64,000 nucleotides of DNA from assembly GCA_964345045.1 (NCBI GenBank), contig CAYFPM010000003.1, positions 70,038 to 134,037 on the forward strand, written 5' to 3'. Below are positions 48,776-57,957 of this stretch, piece after piece. Made by a program: the position numbers and the translations under genes. Origin of the DNA: an uncultured Gammaproteobacteria bacterium (GTDB lineage Bacteria > Patescibacteriota > Patescibacteriia > Magasanikbacterales > UBA922). The notes beneath the pieces were generated by a model. The model searched no databases. It had not been told where the DNA came from and saw only the letters and a list, made by a program, of their open reading frames with translations. Numbering within the stretch: the stretch's first letter is position 1; the number at the start of each line of letters is the position of its first letter.

Positions 48776-50809
48776 TTAAATTCCAGAAGATAGTCCGATA
48801 ATATCATCTGTCCCATCAAAATCCACATCTGCACTACGCACATCTATACCGGTTTTAAGAAGAGTTTTGTAAGCTGTTATATCTTTGTATAATTTTTTAC
48901 CACTAGCCTCAAATACTTTTATAATAGGGCCTTTGCCACTGCCCGCTCCCACTATCACCTCATCTTTGCCAACCCCGTCTACGTTACCAGCAGCTACATT
49001 TACCCCACCACGAAAACTTCGTTCAAAACCAAACCAACGATAAAGTCTACTTAGTGAATATCCCCCACCAACTTTAAAAATATTAATAGACGATTCACTA
49101 TTTTTGCCAGTACCAATTAGGATTTCATCATTACCATTGCCAGCTACATCGCCGAGCGCAATGCTATAACCATTTTTGTAATTGGTGCCAAATGGATACC
49201 ACTCTTCTACCAGTTTAAAACCATCTCTAGAATAAATTTTGATAGGAGCATTATAGCCATTACCAGGAGCAGTTACTATTTCTTTTTTACCATCGGCATT
49301 GATATCTCCTACAGCAATTTTTATTTCTCCCTTAAAATTGACCCCATACGGAAAAATTTTCATATAAAGTTCTCCATCGTCTCGCCAAGCGTAGAGCCTA
49401 TTTCTTTTCAAAGCTATCAAATCTCTTTTGCCATTACCATCTAGGTCAACATGAGCAATTTTGTCTCCCCCTTTATAATCATCTTCGAAAACAAAAAATC
49501 CATTTCTAACTTTGGTACTATCTGGACTTAAAAATCTCACAAAATCTCCATTGGTAAAGACCACATCTTCTAAAGTAGCAAAGGTTTTTAACATTACTCT
49601 ACCATCATAAGGCGCCAAAGTTTCTTCGGAAACAATGGCCCCATCGTTTATACGTGTATCTTGGGTGCCTCTTATTTTTTCGTACTCTCCTCCCAAACTT
49701 ACAGTTTGAGTACGATTGGAACTATTTACCACAGCCAAACCATGCTCATAGTTTCTCTGCCACACCCCAGCTTCAAAATCTTTTGCCCCATCCCCAGCTA
49801 CAGCCTGACCAAGACTACCCCCAAGGTCTGCATCGTATTCATCGTAATACCAAGTTTGTCCATGATCTGTATCACCAAAATCAAAAGAATAATAACCACC
49901 CACCAACAAAGCACTAGTAAGACCAAAACGCATTTTTTGATAGTCTACTTGTGAACCTTGATTAAAAGTATTGGCATTGAGAATATTTACTCTTGGGTGG
50001 GGACCTGCTTCGTGAAAATATTTATAAGTTCTCATGGTAGGACTCCAAGCTGCCGGCAAAAAATTTTCAATCATCTGGCCATTGAGTTTGTCTCTATAAA
50101 ATCTGGTAGTTCCATTTCCTACCAACCAATATTTGTCTCCAACCAATCTTCTGGTTTCGTCATAAAGAAAATTCATACCATCTCGCCAAGATTGATCTGG
50201 ATTGTTGTCTTTTTTTCTATTTAGATCCAAATCAATATCTGCCCCGGTAAACCAAGTAATCGAATCAAAAGTGTTGTCGTAAAAAACACCATCCCACAAA
50301 CCTGTAGAAAGTAATTCATAAGCTACAAACTCGGCCAAGGCTTTGTTCATTTTTTTGCCTTCTAGAGTAGGTGCCGAGGTACTCATGTTTAGCAAGTGTG
50401 CTCCTGGCCAAAAACTTAATTTTTGCCCTCTGGTATTTACAGCATACCAACGAGGATCTATTCTGGCAGCCAATTTTTGTCTCATTCTGCTTTTGCTAAT
50501 TGGTGCATTTTTTTCTATTTCTTGTGAAGTAATATACACCAACATTTTTATGTCGGGATTCAAACTTTTGATTAAATCTAATTGTCTACGACTGGTTACT
50601 TGGGTTTCCATGTCCAAAATAAGCAAATCCCATTTAGCCAATTGTCTGGCCGTGCTATCGTTTATTTGCCAATGTAAAAAATAATTAGCCTTTTGTAGAG
50701 AAGAATTATTGGCAGAAACAAAACTTGGTTGAAACAAAAAAGAGATAATTAAAGCCATTACTATAATTATCCTCTTTTTAATTTTGTTTTGATGAAAAAA
50801 TAGTTTCAT
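48776..50809 (-). CDS. Secreted protein. It has an N-terminal putative glycoside-hydrolase-like (GHL-type TIM barrel) domain and C-terminal FG-GAP/VCBS beta-propeller repeats.
   Basis: A signal peptide is present (MKLFFHQNKIKKRIIIVMALIISFLFQPSFVSA). The FG-GAP-like repeats include VGDINADGKKEIV, LGDVAGNGNDEILIG, AGNVDGVGKDEVIVG and ADVDFDGTDDIIG. Confidence 0.7.
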   Translation of the reverse strand: MKLFFHQNKIKKRIIIVMALIISFLFQPSFVSANNSSLQKANYFLHWQINDSTARQLAKWDLLILDMETQVTSRRQLDLIKSLNPDIKMLVYITSQEIEKNAPISKSRMRQKLAARIDPRWYAVNTRGQKLSFWPGAHLLNMSTSAPTLEGKKMNKALAEFVAYELLSTGLWDGVFYDNTFDSITWFTGADIDLDLNRKKDNNPDQSWRDGMNFLYDETRRLVGDKYWLVGNGTTRFYRDKLNGQMIENFLPAAWSPTMRTYKYFHEAGPHPRVNILNANTFNQGSQVDYQKMRFGLTSALLVGGYYSFDFGDTDHGQTWYYDEYDADLGGSLGQAVAGDGAKDFEAGVWQRNYEHGLAVVNSSNRTQTVSLGGEYEKIRGTQDTRINDGAIVSEETLAPYDGRVMLKTFATLEDVVFTNGDFVRFLSPDSTKVRNGFFVFEDDYKGGDKIAHVDLDGNGKRDLIALKRNRLYAWRDDGELYMKIFPYGVNFKGEIKIAVGDINADGKKEIVTAPGNGYNAPIKIYSRDGFKLVEEWYPFGTNYKNGYSIALGDVAGNGNDEILIGTGKNSESSINIFKVGGGYSLSRLYRWFGFERSFRGGVNVAAGNVDGVGKDEVIVGAGSGKGPIIKVFEASGKKLYKDITAYKTLLKTGIDVRSADVDFDGTDDIIGLSSGI

Positions 50810-50810
50810 T

Positions 50811-51875
50811 CTATTTGCTATCTTGCTTATATATTTTTAATAATTCTTCTATGTTTTTGTCCAAAGAAAAATTATCTTGGGCATATTTTTTGGCATTTTT
50901 GGCTATTTGTTTGGCCACATCGCGGTTGTGATGGATCAAACGAATCGCACTGGCCAAAGATTCGGCTTGTTCGGTAGGCACTACAACTCCGGTTTTCATA
51001 TTTTGGATCAAATCTTCTCCAGCTGCCACAGTACCAATTACTACTTTCCCAGCTGCCATAGATTCCATTATTGCCAAACTCATACCTTCCCAGAGAGAAG
51101 GTTGCACAATTATATCTATATCTAGCATAAATTTGGGCAAATTGTCAACTGTTCCGTGCCACTTTATTTTTTTGTCTATTCCTATGGATTTGGCTCTTTT
51201 TTGTAGTTTATCTTTTAAACTACCATCACCAAAAATATGTAATTCCAGAGGAATCTCTGGCAACTGAGCCAAAGCCAATAGGAGCACTTCGTGGCCTTTT
51301 TGTTTTTCCAATCTACCAATAGTTGCCAATTTTAATTTTTTATTTTGAAAGAGTTTTCCATTTAATTTGGACCAAATATTCAAAGCAATGGCATTTTTTA
51401 ATAAAATAATATTTGAATCTTCTATAAAAAAATCTTCTTCTAACTCTTTTTTTATACCTTCGGAGACTGTTATAACTTTGTCGGCTTTTTTTAGAATTAT
51501 TTTTAAATATTGTTGGCGAAAAAAATTCACTTCCTCGGATATTAGATTGTGCTGGGTGCTAAGCCAATTGATATTTTTTAATTTTTTCTTTAGTTTGTAG
51601 GCAGCCACATCTGCCGAAAACACATGAGAATGTATTATATCTGGTTGCCACTTTTTTATAAATTCTTCCAAATCTTTTAAATTTTTTTGAAAGTTGTTTG
51701 TACCTACTTTTGTTTCAATTTCTGCGTCTTGAAAAAGTTTGGCCATCTCTCCCCCACCTCGCACACTAGCAACCACCACTTCGTGCATTTGCATCTGCAA
51801 AATCTTGGCTTGCTCCAAAATAAGGTGCTCGGCTCCACCATGGGTAAATCTTGGTATTATATGAAGAATTTTCAT
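50811..51875 (-). CDS. Glycosyltransferase family 4.
   Basis: MKILHIIPRFTHGGAEHLILEQAKIL and EGMSLAIMESMAAGKVVIGTVAAG are present. Confidence 0.85.
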   Translation of the reverse strand: MKILHIIPRFTHGGAEHLILEQAKILQMQMHEVVVASVRGGGEMAKLFQDAEIETKVGTNNFQKNLKDLEEFIKKWQPDIIHSHVFSADVAAYKLKKKLKNINWLSTQHNLISEEVNFFRQQYLKIILKKADKVITVSEGIKKELEEDFFIEDSNIILLKNAIALNIWSKLNGKLFQNKKLKLATIGRLEKQKGHEVLLLALAQLPEIPLELHIFGDGSLKDKLQKRAKSIGIDKKIKWHGTVDNLPKFMLDIDIIVQPSLWEGMSLAIMESMAAGKVVIGTVAAGEDLIQNMKTGVVVPTEQAESLASAIRLIHHNRDVAKQIAKNAKKYAQDNFSLDKNIEELLKIYKQDSK

Positions 51876-51886
51876 AAAAATAAATT

Positions 51887-52003
51887 CCTCCCCTAGCAGG
51901 GGAGGCTAGGTGGGGTCAAATTATAATTCAACGCTTCCAATTCATATTGCCCCCCTCCCCGATACTTCGATCGAGGCAGGCTAGCTCCCCCTCTCAGGGG
52001 GAG
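51887..52003. repeat. Pair of related GC-rich hairpins in a divergent intergenic region. Each has a C-rich arm, a short loop and a G-rich arm.
   Basis: CCTCCCCTagcAGGGGAGG is at 51887-51905 and CTCCCCCTctcAGGGGGAG is at 51985-52003. Both are followed by a GGCTAG motif. This is unusual in an AT-rich genome. Confidence 0.45.
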
Positions 52004-52074
52004 AAAATTTATACAAAACAATTATTCTGCTATAATTAGCTAACAATATTATCTCATAAATTAGCCAAAAATCA

Positions 52075-53481
52075 ATGTTCGCAAGTGTAAACAAACAAAC
52101 AAAAAACTTAGTTATGATTATTAGTCTGATTTTGGGACTAGGAATTTTGGTAAATCCAAATGCTGGTGTAGATATTGGACTTACCGGTATTTTGGTTTTG
52201 CTCATTGCTCATATTTTTCTAAAAGAAAAAGTTATTCTTTTGTTTTTGCTAATCCGACCAACTTTGGACTGGTGGCGTGATTTGATTTTGTTTATCTATA
52301 GAGACAATGTTATCAATCTAAACGCTGCTTTTGCTATTCTTTTTTTGTTCTGGGCTAGTTTTACACTTTTTTCTTATAGACAATATTTCAAAAAACTACC
52401 TTTGAAAATTCCTATTTTGCTATTTTTTTTAGTAGTTGTAATTAGTGGTTCCCTCGGGATAAACCCTATAAACTCGGCTATAGAGGCTATCAAACTAGCC
52501 GATCTTATCCTTTTCTTTTGGCTTAGTTACATTTTGGTTTATGCAAGAAAAATTAGTAAAGCTCTATTTGTAAAAACTATTTTTGTGGCAGCAGTTTTGC
52601 CAATGTTGGCCGCTCTTTACCAACTCTTGCTAGGTTCTGGCCTGGCTACTTTTGATATTCGTGGTCGTATTTTTGGCACTCTCGGCCACCCAAATGTTTT
52701 TGCTTTTCTGGTGCTTAGCATAATTATTTTGTTTACCGATAAAAGTGTAATTAACGCCAATGACTTTTGGGAAAATAATAAATTAACTAGATTTATCATT
52801 TACTGTTTATTATTTACTTTACTCTTATTCACCTACACCAGAGTAACTCTTATTGGCCTAGCTATTTTCTTGGTTATCATTGGTGTTTACAAGTACAAAA
52901 AAATGCTTACTTGGCTAGTGGTTGGTACTGGACTTTTTTATTTAACTTTTTTTCCACTTAATAATTGGCTGGTAGACAATGCCAATGTTGATTTGTCGGC
53001 TATTCCCCTAGTTGGTCGTATTACTACCAGAAACGACGAAGCTGATTCTATTTCTTGGCGATTGTCTTTGCTCCGAGAAAACATGCCTATTATTCGTTCA
53101 CGCCCGGCTCTTGGTTATGGTTTTGGTAATTTTGAAGAAGTTTGGCGAGAGAACCGTAGTATAGAGCACCAATGGGACGACAGTGACGAAGCTCACAATG
53201 ACTATCTTAGGATCGCCCTTGAATTGGGTTTAACTGGCTTTATTGTTTATATTGCTTTTTTACTTAATCTACTTTATGTAGTTTCCAAAAAAGCTTTTGT
53301 AGATAAAAAATCTTTGCAAAAAAATATTCATCTTTTGGCTTGGGTTTTTATTTTCTTGGTGGTTAGTTTGTCGGACAACATGATCCGCCACACTCCGGTA
53401 ATGTGGATTACATTTAGCTACTGGGGAGCAGCTCTCGCCAAGAAAAAAACAGTTGATCCGGGGAGTTTTTTGAATAGTTAG
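52075..53481 (+). CDS. O-antigen ligase/polymerase (Wzy_C) family polytopic membrane protein.
   Basis: The 468-aa protein has about 12 TM helices. A periplasmic loop with ...GHPNVFAFLV..YTRVTLIGLAIF... is typical of Wzy_C. Confidence 0.8.
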   Translation: MFASVNKQTKNLVMIISLILGLGILVNPNAGVDIGLTGILVLLIAHIFLKEKVILLFLLIRPTLDWWRDLILFIYRDNVINLNAAFAILFLFWASFTLFSYRQYFKKLPLKIPILLFFLVVVISGSLGINPINSAIEAIKLADLILFFWLSYILVYARKISKALFVKTIFVAAVLPMLAALYQLLLGSGLATFDIRGRIFGTLGHPNVFAFLVLSIIILFTDKSVINANDFWENNKLTRFIIYCLLFTLLLFTYTRVTLIGLAIFLVIIGVYKYKKMLTWLVVGTGLFYLTFFPLNNWLVDNANVDLSAIPLVGRITTRNDEADSISWRLSLLRENMPIIRSRPALGYGFGNFEEVWRENRSIEHQWDDSDEAHNDYLRIALELGLTGFIVYIAFLLNLLYVVSKKAFVDKKSLQKNIHLLAWVFIFLVVSLSDNMIRHTPVMWITFSYWGAALAKKKTVDPGSFLNS

Positions 53482-53494
53482 TTTTTCAAAAACA

Positions 53495-53530
53495 AAAAAT
53501 CCAGAGATAATCTCTGGGTTTTTTGTTTGG
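53495..53530 (+). terminator. Intrinsic terminator.
   Basis: aaaaaatCCAGAGAtaaTCTCTGGgttttttgtttgg. Confidence 0.7.
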
Positions 53531-53589
53531 CATTGTTTTCTTTTGCAAAAAAACAATGTGTGAAGTGAGCTGTATATATTTGGTCAAGG

Positions 53590-53991
53590 TTAGTACTCAA
53601 GACTAATCCCCCGTTGTCCTTTTTCCCCCACATACGGCATAGGGCGAAAATAAGGTTGCGAGGTTGCAGCTGGAGGTTTTTTGCAGGTATACCACGGCTT
53701 TGGGCTATTGCCACAACGATAGATACGTGCTCCTGGCCACCTGTTACAGACCCTATTTCTATAGGTAGTAAATGCCTCCCCTTTTCTTGGAGTCATACTG
53801 ATCTTGGTAGAGTATCCTCTACTATCCCCCACATACACAGCAAAAGAACAAATGTGTGGTTTGGGCAAATGGCTTAGCGCCAATTCGTCGACACAGTGTG
53901 GTAGCCAACCGTGCAACCAATACAGTACTCCCAAAACCAAGAGCACATGGATACCTCGGATCTTTAGAGCCTCTTTGGCCAATCTGTTCAT
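53590..53991 (-). CDS. Small secreted cysteine-rich hypothetical protein (133 aa). It is the first gene of the high-GC block.
   Basis: An AAGGGAG Shine-Dalgarno precedes the ATG. The N-terminus has a signal/TM segment (GIHVLLVLGVLYWLHGWLP). The mature part contains 6 Cys. Confidence 0.55.
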   Translation of the reverse strand: MNRLAKEALKIRGIHVLLVLGVLYWLHGWLPHCVDELALSHLPKPHICSFAVYVGDSRGYSTKISMTPRKGEAFTTYRNRVCNRWPGARIYRCGNSPKPWYTCKKPPAATSQPYFRPMPYVGEKGQRGISLEY

Positions 53992-54066
53992 GTTACTCCC
54001 TTTCTTCTATCGAAGACATAGTAAAATATCAATAATTTGAGCAAATGTCAAGTATTATTTTGAAAC

Positions 54067-54095
54067 TTTTTTGGCTTGACATCCCCGCAATATAG
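54067..54095 (+). promoter_or_regulatory. Sigma70-like promoter: TTGACA, a 17-nt spacer, then TAGACT.
   Basis: TTGACAtccccgcaatatagtgcTAGACT. The -35 context TTGACATCCC is identical to the promoter at 13512. Confidence 0.45.
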
Positions 54096-54158
54096 TGCTA
54101 GACTGATCAGTCTTTCATAATTTATAGTGAAAGTAAGTTCTTTTTATTTCTACTAGCC

Positions 54159-54209
54159 GGTTGAACACGAGTTTCTAGCTTGAAGGAGGTTAGAACCTCG
54201 TGTTCAACC
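54159..54209 (+). promoter_or_regulatory. Leader hairpin with a 13-bp stem. Its loop contains a GAAGGAGG Shine-Dalgarno that precedes a 15-codon GTG uORF (54200..54247). The uORF stop overlaps the main ATG as ATGA.
   Basis: GGTTGAACACGAG...CTCGTGTTCAACC followed by aaaaaattttt. This is a possible attenuator or translational-coupling element. Confidence 0.35.
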
Positions 54210-54243
54210 AAAAAATTTTTCCAAATAGAAAAGGAAAAGAAGC

Positions 54244-55737
54244 ATGAATCACAGCTACGAAATTTGGTCCAGGCAACTGATAAACGCGGCAGACAAGGCC
54301 CTCCAAGATGTCGCTGCCCAACGAAAGCCCAACATGGGCTGGTGGCAAAGCTACTTGAAGCAATACAAGTTGCTAGGTGGAAAAACAGAAAAACTAGAAC
54401 GCTCTCCGGTGCTCGAGGCGGCCAACAATGTCTTTCATGTTTGGATAGCTCTTACCAACAGTATTCCGCTGTTGGTAGGGGTAGAGACAGGTATGGCCGA
54501 TCGCCACTACCTAGAAGCCTTTGTCCCAGACGAGTTCTTGGCGGCTATGACCGCCATCTTCTACGACATCTTGCCCCCTCACCAGAGGAATATCCTCATC
54601 AACAACCTGATTACGGCTCGTTTTCAAGAGGCTGCGACACCCTGGATTGCAGACCAGCGACAGCAGGCTCCGCAAACTCTAGAAAACACAAATATAAACA
54701 AGAGAGAAAATCTCTATCGAGAAATTCAAGCTCTTGCTAGGCTTTGGTTTGCTTCCACCAAGTTCGATCCTTTACCTCAGGCCGCTATCCAGTTCGGGCC
54801 ACAGGGGATCGAGCTAGATGCCACTCGATCGGAAAAAGTTGCTCACAATCTTTTGGCCAGTGAATTTGGTTTTGGTCCGGGTGGAGACCCCGAACCAGAA
54901 CACCGTCGCTGGGCCAAAAGGGTGATTGCCCAGTGTCGACACCGGCATCCTTGGGCTAGACCAGAGCGACTCGAGCGCTACACCGATGCCTTGCAGACGG
55001 TTCGAGACTACTATATTGGCGAGGATTCTGGAGAAGCTAGCGAGAAAATCCGTGATCAGGCCGAGAGGATGATGAGTTCTTTTGGTCTAGATGACGATTT
55101 TGCCTTGATCATGATCTTGGCAGAAGCTTTGGCACTAGCCACTGACTTTTTCTTGCACCCCAATATGTCGAACGAAGACAGGCTACGGGTGGTAGAGCAC
55201 ACCACTTACCAGCAGCTAATTCACAATGAGCTGAACCAACACGAGTGGCGAGTGATCTTGCATACTTTCTTGAGCATTGCCAGCAAAGGATCTCCTCTGG
55301 GAGTTCTTCGTATCGAACAGCTAGATCCGGATCTAGAAGAGGCATTGCAAACCAGGTTCAGAGCTATGGCTCTCATGTTCATGAAGGATCATGACTACAC
55401 GGTCAAAGAACCTCTGCACGTCTTGGCCGAACAAAAAGCCAACAGCCGTATGGCCAAAGCCAAACGTTTGGCAATGAGCAGCTTCTGGTGGGTCTTGCGC
55501 TTTGTACCGGTCTTGCTTTTCTCACGCGACCGAGCCAAGTTTGCTGCCAAGTGGCAGGAACTGCGCTCTATCTGGGGTCTACCTCCCAAGCCAGTCGAGG
55601 AAGTGGTAGAGACAGAGGCTTTGCCAGAGTCGGCCGACAAGACTGATCCTACAACAGAGGATGTAGAGACCACCGGCGATGTTGCCGAGGTCATCCCCAT
55701 GCGTTCTGCGGTTGGGGATCGTCCTTCCGAAAAATAA
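54244..55737 (+). CDS. Hypothetical soluble 497-aa protein of no recognisable family (elevated G+C).
   Basis: The long ORF is in a different frame from the Arg-rich overlapping ORF 54180..54740. Tandem terminators follow it. Confidence 0.65.
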   Translation: MNHSYEIWSRQLINAADKALQDVAAQRKPNMGWWQSYLKQYKLLGGKTEKLERSPVLEAANNVFHVWIALTNSIPLLVGVETGMADRHYLEAFVPDEFLAAMTAIFYDILPPHQRNILINNLITARFQEAATPWIADQRQQAPQTLENTNINKRENLYREIQALARLWFASTKFDPLPQAAIQFGPQGIELDATRSEKVAHNLLASEFGFGPGGDPEPEHRRWAKRVIAQCRHRHPWARPERLERYTDALQTVRDYYIGEDSGEASEKIRDQAERMMSSFGLDDDFALIMILAEALALATDFFLHPNMSNEDRLRVVEHTTYQQLIHNELNQHEWRVILHTFLSIASKGSPLGVLRIEQLDPDLEEALQTRFRAMALMFMKDHDYTVKEPLHVLAEQKANSRMAKAKRLAMSSFWWVLRFVPVLLFSRDRAKFAAKWQELRSIWGLPPKPVEEVVETEALPESADKTDPTTEDVETTGDVAEVIPMRSAVGDRPSEK

Positions 55738-55751
55738 TTAGCTAGTAGTTT

Positions 55752-55848
55752 GGTACGAATAGTATTCGTACCTCCCATTCCTTTTGTTCTAAAATTTTTA
55801 GACCAAAAGCAAATAAAAAATCCTGAGTTACACTCAGGATTTTTTATT
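55752..55848. terminator. Tandem terminators between convergent genes.
   Basis: GGTACGAATagtATTCGTACC with a T-rich tail is at 55752-55790. aaaaaaTCCTGAGTtacACTCAGGAttttttatttc is at 55815-55848 and is bidirectional. Confidence 0.65.
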
Positions 55849-55980
55849 TCTCACTAAAACTTTTTTGCAAAGTTTTACTGGGAAGGTACGCCGGGCCGGA
55901 GCAGCTACTCGAGTTTCATCCGAAGATGATCCAAGAGAAGTGCTCCGGCCCTGGTTTAGGCGCGGACGATGAGAAGCTTG

Positions 55981-57957
55981 CTACGGACAGCCGTCGTCAG
56001 GCACACCGTTGCAGTCGTTGTCGTACCCCAGGTCGGCCGGGTTGGCGGGATCGCTCTCGCACCACTCGACCGCCCCAGGATGGTTCTGGAAACCCGTCGG
56101 GGTATCGTCGCAGTCACCACCGAGCAACTGAGAGACCGGAATCGAGCTGTTGCTAGACCCTCGACAAGGCGACACCTCGCAGTAGCCGTCCCCGTCGTCG
56201 TCCCAATCGTCCGCCGTGCCGTCGCTCTGCGGACCACCGTTGGCACCACTGGCACCATACGGCGTCCTACCGCGCTGATCCACGTAGGGCGCGCACAAGT
56301 TGCACGCCCAGTACGAACCGGCGGGGCAGGTCTGCTGCTGGGTGCAGCTACCACCCGTGGCCACGCACATGTCGGTGACCTCGTCGCAGACCTGACCGGC
56401 ACTGCAGGTGACCACAGTGCCCGACTGGCAGGTACCGCTCTGGCACGTCTCCGTTCCGTTGCAGTACGAACCATCGTCACAGTCCGCGTTCACCGTACAC
56501 TGCGGCGGAGCCGCGGCGCAGTCGGGATCGTCTCCGTCGACGAGCCCGTCGGCGTCATTGTCCCAGTTGTCCGTGCAGTTGCCAAAGGCCTGGGTCTCGG
56601 GCTCGAAGGCCCCATCCCCGTCGTTGTCCTCGGCGCTGGTACAGACGTGACCCGTGGGCGTGGTCGTCGCAGTGTTGGTCGACGAACAGCCCCAGAGGAA
56701 GCCGGCCGGCAAGTTCGCCGGGGTGCGGTTCTCGAGGGGAGATCCGTTCCCGGTGATACCAGTCGGCGTCTGCATGCATTCTGCGTCCGAGGTCGGACCG
56801 TTGCAACAGTCGGGAATCCAGGACTGAACGCACTGACCGTTGACCGCCCCGTGCGTGGTGCACGCGTTGTTGTCGGCACAGTCCACGCACTGGTTGCTCT
56901 GGCAGGCGAAGCCCACCGCACAATCCGCATCCGTGGCACAGCCCAAGCACGTACCGGCCGTCACCCCCGAGATGTCCGAACACACACCGCTGGCGCAGTC
57001 GTTGTGATCGTCACAGCAGAGGGGGTTGGTGCTGGCCGTGTTCACGCAAGCGTGATTCACGGCGTTGTCGGTGGTACAGGCGTCGCCGTCGTCGCAGTCG
57101 AGAACCGTACAGATGTTCGCGGTGCAAACTTCGTCGGTACGACAGTGGGCGTCCACGAGACACTGCTCGCAGGTACCCGCCGCCGAGGTCGAGGTCTCGG
57201 TACAGAACAAGCCGTCTTGGCACGGAGCCGAGGCAGGCGCGGCGTTGCAACAGTTGGGAATGGCCTGGTTCACGCACCCCATCGTCCCGACGGTGTCCGT
57301 GGTGCAGGCGTTGCCATCGTCGCAGCCGGTGCAGGTGTCGGTGGTATCATCGCAGTACTCGGTAGCGAGGCAGGCACTGGCGCCGCTCTGGCAGGTACCG
57401 GAGACCATGTCGCAGGTCTCGGCACCGTTGCAGAAGAGGCCGTCACTGCAGTCCGCGTCCGAGAGACAGCTGACGCAGCGATCGCCCGCCTCGTCGCACA
57501 TCTCGGTGGCGGCACACGGAGGCGCGGTCACTTGGCAGGTACGTCCGGTGGTGGACGTCCCCACGCAGGTGGCGCTCCCGTTGCAGAAGAGGCCATCGGC
57601 CCCGCAGTCCGCGTCGGAGAGGCACTGACAGCTGATCCCCTCGTCGACATTGCCATCGCAGTTGTCGTCGATACCGTTGCAGATCTCGGTGGCGCCGGGG
57701 TAGACGTTCGGGTTGTGATCGTCACAGTCCGGAGGCCCATCGACGATGGCTCCATCGTTGCAGTTGTTGTCGTAGTACGTCTGATTCGGAGAACCGTCGC
57801 CGTCGCTGTCGATGGAGTTCTTGTCATCGCAGATGTGGACACGGACAGTGCCCGAAACGTTGACGAAGTCGGTACCGCAAGCCGTGAGGCCCGCGGTGAG
57901 CAGGAAGGTGAAGAGAGACAGACAGAGTCGCTTGGCTTGCGCCATGGTGACCTCCAA
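55981..57957 (-). CDS. Cys-rich repeat lipoprotein (658 aa). It carries Myxococcales-type cysteine-rich repeats and MopE-like putative metal-binding motifs. G+C is very high, roughly 65-70% by eye.
   Basis: A GGAGG Shine-Dalgarno lies 6 nt upstream. The lipoprotein signal is MAQAKRLCLSLFTFLLTAGLTAC. Recurring motifs include DCDDHNPNVYPGATEICNGIDDNCDG, CxSDADCxDGLFCNGxETC and CDDGNACTTDxxxxxxC. Confidence 0.8.
   Translation of the reverse strand: MEVTMAQAKRLCLSLFTFLLTAGLTACGTDFVNVSGTVRVHICDDKNSIDSDGDGSPNQTYYDNNCNDGAIVDGPPDCDDHNPNVYPGATEICNGIDDNCDGNVDEGISCQCLSDADCGADGLFCNGSATCVGTSTTGRTCQVTAPPCAATEMCDEAGDRCVSCLSDADCSDGLFCNGAETCDMVSGTCQSGASACLATEYCDDTTDTCTGCDDGNACTTDTVGTMGCVNQAIPNCCNAAPASAPCQDGLFCTETSTSAAGTCEQCLVDAHCRTDEVCTANICTVLDCDDGDACTTDNAVNHACVNTASTNPLCCDDHNDCASGVCSDISGVTAGTCLGCATDADCAVGFACQSNQCVDCADNNACTTHGAVNGQCVQSWIPDCCNGPTSDAECMQTPTGITGNGSPLENRTPANLPAGFLWGCSSTNTATTTPTGHVCTSAEDNDGDGAFEPETQAFGNCTDNWDNDADGLVDGDDPDCAAAPPQCTVNADCDDGSYCNGTETCQSGTCQSGTVVTCSAGQVCDEVTDMCVATGGSCTQQQTCPAGSYWACNLCAPYVDQRGRTPYGASGANGGPQSDGTADDWDDDGDGYCEVSPCRGSSNSSIPVSQLLGGDCDDTPTGFQNHPGAVEWCESDPANPADLGYDNDCNGVPDDGCP

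Noticed and set aside
54180-54740. A 186-aa + ORF overlapping the start of the 497-aa gene.
   Set aside because: It lies in a different frame from the long ORF and is Arg-rich low-complexity sequence. Part of it coincides with the leader hairpin. The 497-aa frame is far longer and has coherent composition.
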